Origin: an uncultured Thermoplasmatales archaeon
Lineage (GTDB): Archaea > Thermoplasmatota > E2 > DHVEG-1
Assembly (NCBI GenBank): GCA_964592335.1
Contig: CAZQEU010000002.1
Location: 1-53,839 of the forward strand
Reading direction: 5' to 3'
DNA: 53,839 bases
Numbering within the stretch: the first letter of the stretch is position 1; every line of letters begins with the position of its first letter. The notes below the pieces were generated by a model that was not told where the DNA came from, ran no database searches, and saw only the letters and a program-made list of their open reading frames with translations. This document shows, in pieces, positions 8,921 to 18,500 of this stretch. Position numbers and translations under genes: made by a program.

Positions 8921-11794
8921 TTGAGCAAGGATAAAGATACTAAAAATAAACTAAAGGAACACAAAAATATCGCTGAAGTTGAACGATTAGTTGACCAGAT
9001 AATAACCAAAAACAGAGAAAAACTAGATGAAGCATATAAAAAAGAAATCCAGTCAAATCGTTTTTCAATAAATAATAAAATCAACTCATCATTCTATCTC
9101 AAGAAAAATAAAGAAAAAAAGAAGAGTCATAAAGGAATTAGCAACAAAATAATCTCCCAAGCAAGAGCAAATCTAGGTGAAAAACCAATAAAAAAAGAGG
9201 CTTTCACACCTCCCTTTGAAACAAAAGAAAGCTTTAAACCAACAGAAAACAAAAACATGAGAAAAGACTCAGTTCAAAAACAAAAAAAAGAGAGCGAAAT
9301 AAAAGATGACACTACTTCTAAAATTCATGATTCAAAAGAGATATTGCAATCAGATGAATTTGAAGAAGTAATATCTGATTTTGAAAAAGAATCAAGCGTA
9401 GATATTAACAATGAAAAAAGCCCTGACTCAAAAATAATTGATGAGAATATAGAAAAAACTGATTTAGAGAAAAAAACAGTTAAAGAAAAAAATCATGCTG
9501 AGGATAAGTTAAAAGAATTAACTAAGAAACGAGGAATTTTTGATAAAAGAAAAGTTGGTTATAAGAGAAAAATTCCAAAAAACAAAAAAGAAACAGATGA
9601 AATCTTTGATGCTTTTTTAGATGATGACTCTTCTAAAATAGATGAAAACCTTAAAAATGATACTGCAGATGAGACAAACGACTCTTCTTTGTCAAATTCT
9701 GATGAAAATATAAAAGAAGAAACAAAAGAAGAGAGAGGAATATTTTTTGGTAGAAAAAACCCGAAGGAGGATAAAAAACATACACATGAAAAACAGCCTT
9801 CATATTCTTTTAAACCACGTTTTCATGTTGAAAATCATCCAGATGATAAAAGAGATTCTGATAGTCTAATTTTAGATGAGAAACTAAAAAATGAGGAAGC
9901 TGTCGTTGAAACTAAAGATGCTTTTGAAAATGTTGAGTTAAAAGCTCAGGAATATGCAAAAAAACACCTAAAAGATAAACCTAAACCTTCTGCAAATCCT
10001 TTTAAAAAAAGTGAAAACAAAAAAAACAATGAACTAAAAAATGAAGACTTTTCACTTGAAAACACAGATAACGATAGTGAGCATGTTTTTTTTGATGAGC
10101 ATGAGGATTCTTCTTTTACTGGTTGGAGCCCAAATATTTCAGACAAACAAAGAAAAGAGATTTTACTTCCAGCAACAGATAAACCTGAAGATAGGCCTGA
10201 ACTTTCACCTGAATCTGCACTTGGGGAAGTAGGTGATGTTGAACTTCCGAAAGAAGTTCTAAGTATGGACTCAGTTAAACTAAGTGATCTTGGTTTTTCT
10301 GAAAACGAATGGGATGAACTTGATTTTTATGCACTCAGTGAACCTTTTGCTTATGTTGAAATACTTCGTGAAAGAGAATCCCTTGAAAAATGTTATTTTT
10401 TGGTAGAAGTGGAGATAACTGAGGAGGAACAAGATACATTAAATTTTATCAGAGATACGCTTCTTAAAATGCATATTGAAACAGAGGATTTAGAAAAAAG
10501 TGGAGACGATGAATATCTTGCCTCCAGAGTAAAAAAAATAATCCAGGAGTATAATCTACAAATATCTGAGGAATCATTAAACAAGGTTCTGTATTATCTT
10601 TCAAAGACTTCTTTGGGGCTGTCAAAAATCGATCCATTGATGAATGATCCAAACATTGAGGATATCAGCTGTGATGGAGCAGATGTTCCTTTATTTTTGT
10701 ATCATCGTAAGTTCGGCTCTTTGAAAAGCAATGTATCATTTGATACTGAAGAAGAACTATCTTCTTTTATTTTTAAACTTGCACAGAAATGTGGTAAACA
10801 TATCAGTATCGCAGAACCAATTTTAGATGCAACTATGCCTGATGGGTCTCGTATTCAGATGACTCTGTCTGATGAGATAACTGCTCGAGGCAGTACTTTT
10901 ACTATCCGTAAATTTAGATCAGATCCTTTCAGCCCACCTGATCTTATAGAGTTTAACACTATGAGCTCTGAGATGGTGGCATATATGTGGCTTGCCATAG
11001 AAAATGGTATCAATATGCTGTTTGCAGGGGGAACAGCATCTGGTAAAACAACAGCTCTTAATGCACTTTCCTTATTTATTCCACCGGAAGCAAAGATTGT
11101 AAGTATTGAAGAAACTCGTGAGATTAATCTGCCTCATTCAAATTGGATACCTGGTGTTAGCCGTAGTGGTTTTGGATCGGTTGTTTCCGATAGGGTTGTA
11201 GGGCAGATTGATATGTATGATCTTATGAAGGCTGCTCTTCGTCAGCGTCCAGAGTATATTATTGTAGGTGAGATTCGTGGTCGTGAGGCATATGTTTTGT
11301 TTCAGGCTATGGCTACAGGTCATGCAACGTATAGCACGGTTCATGCGGATAGTGCCCATTCACTTATTCATCGTCTTGAGGGAAAACCAATTAACATACC
11401 TCGTGTAATGTTACAGTCTCTTGATGTAGTATCTCTTCATGTTACAACAAAAGTTAAAAACAAACGTGCTCGTCGTTGTAAGCAGATAATTGAGATTATT
11501 GATATTGATCCTACCACCAAAGAGATTCTTACAAATGAGGTATTTCGCTGGGATCCAGTTGAAGATAATTTTGTTTACTCTGGTAAAAGCTATGTCCTTG
11601 AGCGTGTTCGTGCTGAAAAAGATATGTCTAGAGAAGAAATAACTAGTGAGATTAAATCTCGTAAGAAACTTGTAGAACTTATGAACAAGAATAATATAAG
11701 AGAATTTAGAGGAGTAGCTCGTATTATTTCAAAATATCTGGATAACCCCTCTAATACATTTTCTATGATGGAGAAAGGTGCTATAAAAGAATGA
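8921..11794 (+). CDS. FlaI/GspE/VirB11-family type IV pilus assembly ATPase with an N-terminal low-complexity extension of about 450 aa
   Basis: Walker A is GGTASGKTT. Walker B is YIIVGEIRG. His box is GHATYSTVHA. The extension is Lys/Glu/Asp/Ser/Asn-rich. TTG start lies 5 nt after AAGGAGAGG. Confidence 0.85.
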   Translation: MSKDKDTKNKLKEHKNIAEVERLVDQIITKNREKLDEAYKKEIQSNRFSINNKINSSFYLKKNKEKKKSHKGISNKIISQARANLGEKPIKKEAFTPPFETKESFKPTENKNMRKDSVQKQKKESEIKDDTTSKIHDSKEILQSDEFEEVISDFEKESSVDINNEKSPDSKIIDENIEKTDLEKKTVKEKNHAEDKLKELTKKRGIFDKRKVGYKRKIPKNKKETDEIFDAFLDDDSSKIDENLKNDTADETNDSSLSNSDENIKEETKEERGIFFGRKNPKEDKKHTHEKQPSYSFKPRFHVENHPDDKRDSDSLILDEKLKNEEAVVETKDAFENVELKAQEYAKKHLKDKPKPSANPFKKSENKKNNELKNEDFSLENTDNDSEHVFFDEHEDSSFTGWSPNISDKQRKEILLPATDKPEDRPELSPESALGEVGDVELPKEVLSMDSVKLSDLGFSENEWDELDFYALSEPFAYVEILRERESLEKCYFLVEVEITEEEQDTLNFIRDTLLKMHIETEDLEKSGDDEYLASRVKKIIQEYNLQISEESLNKVLYYLSKTSLGLSKIDPLMNDPNIEDISCDGADVPLFLYHRKFGSLKSNVSFDTEEELSSFIFKLAQKCGKHISIAEPILDATMPDGSRIQMTLSDEITARGSTFTIRKFRSDPFSPPDLIEFNTMSSEMVAYMWLAIENGINMLFAGGTASGKTTALNALSLFIPPEAKIVSIEETREINLPHSNWIPGVSRSGFGSVVSDRVVGQIDMYDLMKAALRQRPEYIIVGEIRGREAYVLFQAMATGHATYSTVHADSAHSLIHRLEGKPINIPRVMLQSLDVVSLHVTTKVKNKRARRCKQIIEIIDIDPTTKEILTNEVFRWDPVEDNFVYSGKSYVLERVRAEKDMSREEITSEIKSRKKLVELMNKNNIREFRGVARIISKYLDNPSNTFSMMEKGAIKE

Positions 11795-13665
11795 GTAAAA
11801 AAGTTGCTATTTGCCCGGGTTGTCATACAAAAATAGATGTTGAAGGTGAACCTGGTCAAAAAGTAGAAGTTAAATGCCCAAGCTGCGGTAAAACCGGTAA
11901 TATCAGCTTTAAGGCTGAGCTCGATCAACTTGATTTTTATCCATTAAAAGAACCTTATGCCTATGCAAAAATTTTAAAAAACTCAGATACTCTTGAGAAA
12001 TTTTACAAAATAATTGAGCCTTATTTATCAGATGAAGAACAAAAAAAACTTAATTTCATCTGGGAGACACTAATGAAAACTTTCAGTATGAGGTTAGATG
12101 AACTTGACACAAAAAAAGCAGAGAGTTATCTTAATGAACAGGTTGAAAAGGTTATTGCTAACTATGAGATGGATGTAGATGAGGTTACTAAAAAGAAAAT
12201 TTTGTACTATATTAAACGTGAGTCATTAGGCTATGGAAAAATCGATCCTTTAATGCTTGATCCAAATATTGAGGATATTAGCTGTGATGGGCAGAATGTT
12301 CCAATATTTTTATATCATCGTAAATATGGTTCACTTAGAAGTAATATCGAATTTGGTAATGAAGAAGAGTTATCTTATTTTGTAGTTCGTCTTGCACAGA
12401 AATGTGGCAAACATATCAGTATCGCAGAGCCTATGCTTGATGCTACAATGCCTGATGGGTCTCGTATTCAGATGACTCTGAGCAGCGAGGTTACAACAAA
12501 AGGCTCTACTTTTACTATCCGTAAATTCCGCGCTGATCCTTTTACACCTCCTGATCTTATAGCACTCAACACTGTTTCATCTGAGATAATGGCGTATTTC
12601 TGGCTTGCAGTTGAAAATCGTGTAAATGCACTTATTGCAGGGGGAACAGCTTCAGGTAAAACAACGATTCTTAACGCTCTTTCATTGTTTATCCCACGTG
12701 ATGCAAAGATTGTAAGTATTGAAGAAACTCGTGAGATTAATCTACCTCATCCTAACTGGATACCTGGTGTTAGCCGTAGTGGTTTTGGAGAAATAGTCGC
12801 AGATAAGATGGTAGGCGAAATTGATTTATATGATCTTATGAAGGCTGCTCTTCGTCAGCGTCCTGAGTATATTATTGTAGGTGAGATTCGTGGTCGTGAA
12901 GCATATGTTTTGTTTCAAGCTATGGCTACAGGTCATGCAACGTATAGCACGGTTCATGCTGATAGTGCAAAAAGCCTTATTCATCGTCTTGAGGGAAAAC
13001 CAATTGATATACCAAGGATAATGTTGCAGTCTCTTGATGTAGTATCTATTCATATTACAACCCGTGTTAAAGGTAAAAGAGTACGTCGTTGTAAGCAGAT
13101 AATTGAGATTATTGATATTGATCCTACCACCAAAGAGATTCTTACAAATGAGGTATTTCGCTGGGATCCATTTGAGGATAAATTCATATACACCGGAAAA
13201 AGCTATGTTTTGGAAGGAATACGTGCTCGTTGGGATATTGGTAAAGAAGAGATTACTAAAGAGATTAGACAACGTGCAGAAATACTTGAATGGATGAAAG
13301 ATACAAATGTTAGAACCTTTTTAGAGGTTGCCAAGGCTATATCACGTTATGTTGATAACCCTGAGGATTTTTTGAAAAAACTAAGAAAAACTAAGAAAAA
13401 TAATAAAAAAACAAAACAAAAAAATAATAATACAAAGAAAACTAAGGATGAAAATAAAAAGGAGATATATAGTTCTGAGGATACTAAATCTGATTTAACT
13501 GTTTTGAATAGTGTTAATAAAAAAACTGCAGAGAAACTATATGAAAATAAGATTGAGACCGTTCAGGATTTAAAGAAACACTCAATTTCAGAATTAAGTA
13601 CTATGGGATTGAAAAAAGGAGAGGCAAAAAAGATAAAGAAAGAAATAAATAAGAGATATAAATAA
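11791..13665 (+). CDS. FlaI/GspE-family pilus ATPase paralogue with an N-terminal zinc ribbon and a C-terminal Lys-rich + helix-hairpin-helix-like tail
   Basis: CPGC-x17-CPSC at the N-terminus. Same Walker/His boxes as the upstream paralogue. The tail is KKxxK-rich followed by VNKKTAEKLYENKIETVQDL...ELSTMGLKKGEAKKI. Confidence 0.85.
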   Translation: MSKKVAICPGCHTKIDVEGEPGQKVEVKCPSCGKTGNISFKAELDQLDFYPLKEPYAYAKILKNSDTLEKFYKIIEPYLSDEEQKKLNFIWETLMKTFSMRLDELDTKKAESYLNEQVEKVIANYEMDVDEVTKKKILYYIKRESLGYGKIDPLMLDPNIEDISCDGQNVPIFLYHRKYGSLRSNIEFGNEEELSYFVVRLAQKCGKHISIAEPMLDATMPDGSRIQMTLSSEVTTKGSTFTIRKFRADPFTPPDLIALNTVSSEIMAYFWLAVENRVNALIAGGTASGKTTILNALSLFIPRDAKIVSIEETREINLPHPNWIPGVSRSGFGEIVADKMVGEIDLYDLMKAALRQRPEYIIVGEIRGREAYVLFQAMATGHATYSTVHADSAKSLIHRLEGKPIDIPRIMLQSLDVVSIHITTRVKGKRVRRCKQIIEIIDIDPTTKEILTNEVFRWDPFEDKFIYTGKSYVLEGIRARWDIGKEEITKEIRQRAEILEWMKDTNVRTFLEVAKAISRYVDNPEDFLKKLRKTKKNNKKTKQKNNNTKKTKDENKKEIYSSEDTKSDLTVLNSVNKKTAEKLYENKIETVQDLKKHSISELSTMGLKKGEAKKIKKEINKRYK

Positions 13666-13711
13666 AGTATAATAAGAGAAAAAATATAACTATACTTAAT
13701 AAAATACGCTG

Positions 13712-14581
13712 GTGAGGAGAATGCCGCTTAATAATTATGAGAAGTTATGCTATAGATGGTTTGGAAGATCAGCTGAAAATATAGCCTCAGACAGACTAAA
13801 AAGAGCTTTAGAGAGGGCACATATGGATATGCGTGCTGGAGCTTATCTTTCTTGGGTCTGGGTAAATACGATACTTGCAGCTCTTATTTCAACTGTTGTA
13901 ATTTTAAGTCTGATAGCTTTTTTAAACCTGGTTTTAGTTATTATAGTACTACTTTTATTTGCTCCTATTTTTGCAACTATTCTTACTTATTTCTATCTTA
14001 TGAATCTACCAGCTTCAAAAGCAAAAGCCCGTGGTAAAAAGATAGATATGCACTTGCCTTATGCACTAAATTTTATCTCTGCGATGAGCTCTGCAGGTAT
14101 TACTCCTACTGAAATATTTAAAAGCCTTTCTAAACAAAAGATATATGGTGAGATACGTGAAGAAGCTCTTTGGATTTATAGAGATGTTAGTCTTTTAGGT
14201 AGGGATATAATATCTGCTATTAAATCAAATATTGACCGAACGCCTTCTGAAAAATTTAAAGAGTTTCTGCAGGGTGCAATTGTTACAGTTCAGTCAGGCG
14301 GTGCTTTAAAACCTTATTTTATGACAAAAGCAGATCAATACACTCGTGAGAACCGTGTTGTACAAAAACAACTTATAGAAAGTCTTGGTATTATGGCAGA
14401 AGCATATGTTACTGCAGCTGTTGCAGGTGTTCTACTAATCATAATCATTCTTCCTTTGCTCATGATAATGTCTGGTGGTAAAGACCAGTTAATTATTATA
14501 TATGTCTTTGTCCTCTTGGTTGTACCTCTTATTCATTTTAGTTTTTCTTATGTTTTGTCTTCAATGTCATCTAGGGTGTGA
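13712..14581 (+). CDS. Pilus platform membrane protein with a single T2SSF domain (TadB/FlaJ N-half-like)
   Basis: TM segments flank a cytoplasmic T2SSF-like domain (LPYALNFISAMSSAGITPTEIFKSL...GRDIISAI). GTG start, or ATG at 13721. Confidence 0.75.
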   Translation: MRRMPLNNYEKLCYRWFGRSAENIASDRLKRALERAHMDMRAGAYLSWVWVNTILAALISTVVILSLIAFLNLVLVIIVLLLFAPIFATILTYFYLMNLPASKAKARGKKIDMHLPYALNFISAMSSAGITPTEIFKSLSKQKIYGEIREEALWIYRDVSLLGRDIISAIKSNIDRTPSEKFKEFLQGAIVTVQSGGALKPYFMTKADQYTRENRVVQKQLIESLGIMAEAYVTAAVAGVLLIIIILPLLMIMSGGKDQLIIIYVFVLLVVPLIHFSFSYVLSSMSSRV

Positions 14582-15546
14582 TAAAAGTGGCCGATAATAA
14601 AAGTAAAAATAGTGAAATGAAAAAACAGGGTTTTCTGAAAAGATTGTCTATGACTGGGCAGATGTCAAGATTTATTGTTTATCTTGCGGCAGGGATACCA
14701 TCTATTATCTGTATTTTTCTTGCGATACTTTCTCTTACATCTTTTTTGAATTATACAGAATTTACTTTTGGTGATAGTACTATAAAACTTTTTACTTGGT
14801 ATGACTTCATTATCTTTGCACTTATTATTTTTACTGGTGTTTATGGGATATATGAATGGTTTAGATTACGTCGCGTTCGTATGATTGATAAACGTTTTCC
14901 TGATTTTGTACGTGATCTTGCTGAATCTAGACGTGCAGGTATGACTTTTACTAAGGCTATTATGTACTCGGCAAAGGGAAACTATGGTGTGCTTACAGAT
15001 GAAATTAAAAAGATTTCTATGCAGATATCATGGGGAAATAGTGTTGAGAATGCACTAAGGGCTTTTGCAAAAAGAGTTAAAACCAAGCTTGTTATTCGTA
15101 CTATTTCACTTATAATTGAGGCTAGTAGAAGTGGAGGAAATGTTGCTGATGTTTTAGATGCAGCTAGTAAAGATGCACGTGAAATTAAACTCTTGGATTC
15201 AGAGCGACGTGCAAGTATGCTTTCATATGTTGCAGTAATATATGTTGCTATGTTTGTTTTTCTACTTATTATGATAGTTCTTTCAAAGAGTCTAATACCA
15301 AACATGGTAGGTGAAGGCGCAGCTGGATTAAAATCAGCGGGGGCCCTAGGAGGATCTTCGGGTAACCAAATTTCTCAGGATGAAATAACACAGCTTTTCT
15401 TTATAGCAAGTATCATCCAGGGTGGTTTCATGGGTATTGTTGCTGGTGTTTTTGAAGAAGGAAATGTTATCTCTGGAGTAAAACATGCGTTCTTTATGAT
15501 ACTTATCAATTGGATTGCATTGAAATTCATAGTAGGTGGAGTGTGA
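14578..15546 (+). CDS. Pilus platform membrane protein with a single T2SSF domain (TadC/FlaJ C-half-like)
   Basis: FPDFVRDLAESRRAGMTFTKAI...GNSVENALRAFAKR... plus TM segments. GTGA overlap with the upstream gene. Confidence 0.75.
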   Translation: MIKVADNKSKNSEMKKQGFLKRLSMTGQMSRFIVYLAAGIPSIICIFLAILSLTSFLNYTEFTFGDSTIKLFTWYDFIIFALIIFTGVYGIYEWFRLRRVRMIDKRFPDFVRDLAESRRAGMTFTKAIMYSAKGNYGVLTDEIKKISMQISWGNSVENALRAFAKRVKTKLVIRTISLIIEASRSGGNVADVLDAASKDAREIKLLDSERRASMLSYVAVIYVAMFVFLLIMIVLSKSLIPNMVGEGAAGLKSAGALGGSSGNQISQDEITQLFFIASIIQGGFMGIVAGVFEEGNVISGVKHAFFMILINWIALKFIVGGV

Positions 15547-15578
15547 TATAATAGTTTTGAGGGGGGTTTTATCTAGAT

Positions 15579-18500
15579 TTGAATAAATCAAATGCTGTAA
15601 GTTCAGTTATTTCTTTATTTCTTGTTTTAATGATAGTTTCAACTACTACCGCTTCTGTTTTTTTATGGGGCCTGCCAGCAATTGACAGTATGAAAGCAGA
15701 TTCCAATAATAGAAAAATGGCTGAGAAATTTGAAGATTTTCATGAAACCGTAAATCAAGTTATTTCAAGTGGTACAAGTGCCTATGTTACTGAGCGTATG
15801 TCAATTGAAGAAGGATCCCTTGAGATTGATTCAGAAGGAGACAGATTGGTTACGTGGTATTCATACGATCCTGATTGGGATTTTAATGTATCTGGTCTTG
15901 AACCAGGCGATGGAAACAAGAAGGATATTTCGATAGATATTACTGATTCTCCAGGCGGTGCGGGATGTAATAAACGTGATTTTTATTGGCTTAATGAGAC
16001 TTGTTTTCTAGCTGGGACGAAGGTTTTGATGGCAAATGGAATGAGTAAAAACATCGAAGACATTAAACCTGGTGATCTAGTAAAGTCGTATGACTTTGAT
16101 AATAAAAAAATGGTAGACTCAGAGGTTGCATATCATCATGAACACTTAGCTGAGGAGATGGGAGGTTATTATCTAGTTATAAACAACAATTTATGTGTTA
16201 CGCCTAACCATAGGTTTTACACCAAAAATGGATTGGTGCAGGCTGGTAACCTAGAGGTTAAGGACAAAATATTTTCAAATGTACAAGGTACATATTGCCC
16301 TGTAAGTTCCATAAAAAAAGTATATTGCCCTAGTAAAACCTATGATCTATCAATTAAGAATCTCAATAATTACTATGTAAAATCCAATGATAAATTTTTA
16401 CTGGTACACAATGCTGGAGTAGATATAGAGCTAACTGTAGAAGAAGACATTGAATTGCAGAACCTTGAAATTGACTCCTACGGTTCCTTCATCAAATTTA
16501 ATATAAATCCGTTATATGAGCTAGGAGAAATAAATATTATTGATGCTAGACTGGAGTTATATGTTAAAGATAAGGGTGGATGGGAGCCTGTAATTTTGGT
16601 TAGCGGTGGTGGAGAGAAATGGACAGATAGTTCGGACACAGAGATAATCCAAGGTATGATTGATCCATCACAGTCATCTGTTAAACCTATCTCTATTGAA
16701 AGGTTTGATGGTGAACCTAAGAGATGGTGGCAGGCAGCAGGTATTGAAGATCTAATCATAGAAGATTATAACGCCGTAAGCGAATCGTGTTCCTTAAAAA
16801 TAGAACACCCAGGTTTCCCGTTGGATGAAATTAACGATTACACTAACAACGAGTTAATATCTATTGGTAGTCTAGCTAAATCAATTTTTATAAGATTTTT
16901 ATCCCAAGAAGTAGAACCAGACTTTTGGCCAAAATTAGTTGTTACTTATGAAACCGGCTCTTCAAATAATCCTCCAACAACCACTATTTATGACATTCCA
17001 GATCAAGTGGAGCCTACACAGCTATCTATTATATGTGGTAATGCATCCGATACTGATGGTACAATCGCAGGCGTCTACCTGAATATCCATGATGATACAG
17101 AAGACCTCTATTGGTGTGGATCATCCTGGAGTGGTACGTGTTCACCATTGCCTTCTGGTTGCTCTATGATACTTTCCGCTATGGCAAGGGATGGAAGTTT
17201 TAATGAGGAATATGAGGAATGGAATTATCTCTCTAGTAGTGTTAGTTGGACTAATGGTAATCAATATACGATAACTGCTAAGGCTAAGGATGATGATGGA
17301 GACTGTGATACCGATGGTGCAAGTGATACTTTTGTTTATGTAGAGGGTAATAGTCCTCCTGATACAGGTGTTGAAGATTTTCCTGAAAATGCTGGTCCAG
17401 AACATGTTTCTGAGATTACGGGTACTTCTTTGGATACTGATGGTACAGTTGCTGGTGTTTATTTAAGGATATATGACAGAACCAATGGCAATTATTGGAC
17501 GGGTAGCGGATGGAATTCTTTTGGGGGTGTTGTACCAGGTCAATGTAGCTATGAACTTTCCGCTGTGGCTTCTGATGGTAATGGTTTTAACAGCGGTGAT
17601 GAGGATTGGTTGTATGATTGTGAAGCTGAGGGTGTTACCTGGACTTCTGGGCATGAGTACACGGTTTATGCTAAGGCTAAGGATGATGATGGAGCTTGTG
17701 ATACCGATGGTGCAAGTGATACTTTTGTTTATGTAGAGGGTAATAGTCCTCCTGATACAGGTGTTGAAGATTTTCCTGAAAATGCTGGTCCAGAACATGT
17801 TTCTGAGATTACGGGTACTTCTTTGGATACTGATGGTACAGTTGCTGGTGTTTATTTAAGGATATATGACAGAACCAATGGCAATTATTGGACGGGTAGC
17901 GGATGGAATTCTTTTGGGGGTGTTGTACCAGGTCAATGTAGCTATGAACTTTCCGCTGTGGCTTCTGATGGTAATGGTTTTAACAGCGGTGATGAGGATT
18001 GGTTGTATGATTGTGAAGCTGAGGGTGTTACCTGGACTTCTGGGCATGAGTACACGGTTTATGCTAAGGCTAAGGATGATGATGGAGCTTGTGATACCGA
18101 TGGTGCAAGTGATACTTTTGTTTATGTAGAGGGTAATAGTCCTCCTGATACACCTTCTAATCCTGATCCTGAGAGTGATGCTGTTGATGAGAGTATAGAT
18201 GTGGAGTTATCTTGGACTGCTAGTGATCCTGATAGTAATTATGCTACTTCAGCGGTTTATTTTTCTGATCCAGCTGAGCCTGGTGATGATGAATCTGAAG
18301 CTGAGACTATAAATAATTTAGAGGATAGGATCAATTCAGATGATAATGATCAAAATACTAGTTCTAATTCGTTTGATCCAGGGGTATTAGAGTATAATAA
18401 GAAGTATTTTTGGAAGATAATCGTTTGGGATGATAAAGGGTTGAGTACTGAGGGTCCTATTTGGAATTTCACTACCGAATCAGATCCTGTGGTGAATAAT

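Noticed and set aside
8921-15546. Archaellum (flaI/flaJ) operon
   Set aside because: There are no archaellin (FlaB) genes and no FlaC/D/E/F/G/H homologues. The downstream genes are giant adhesin-like proteins and small pilins instead. The platform is split into two genes.
16002-16412. Canonical self-splicing mini-intein in the 1412-aa gene (and likewise at 27365-27763)
   Set aside because: The +1 residue after the terminal Asn is Ala (Gly in the second case), so transesterification and ligation cannot occur. There is no homing endonuclease. The hosts are not the conserved replication or metabolic proteins where inteins usually reside. These are better interpreted as BIL/Hedgehog-type Hint domains.
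17142-18047. Antisense and alternative-frame ORFs in the track (17142..17405, 17463..17798, 17473..17736, 17856..18047, 17866..18129)
   Set aside because: They are shadows of the 393-bp coding repeat, so they are duplicated only because the repeat is. They have no start context or recognisable motifs.
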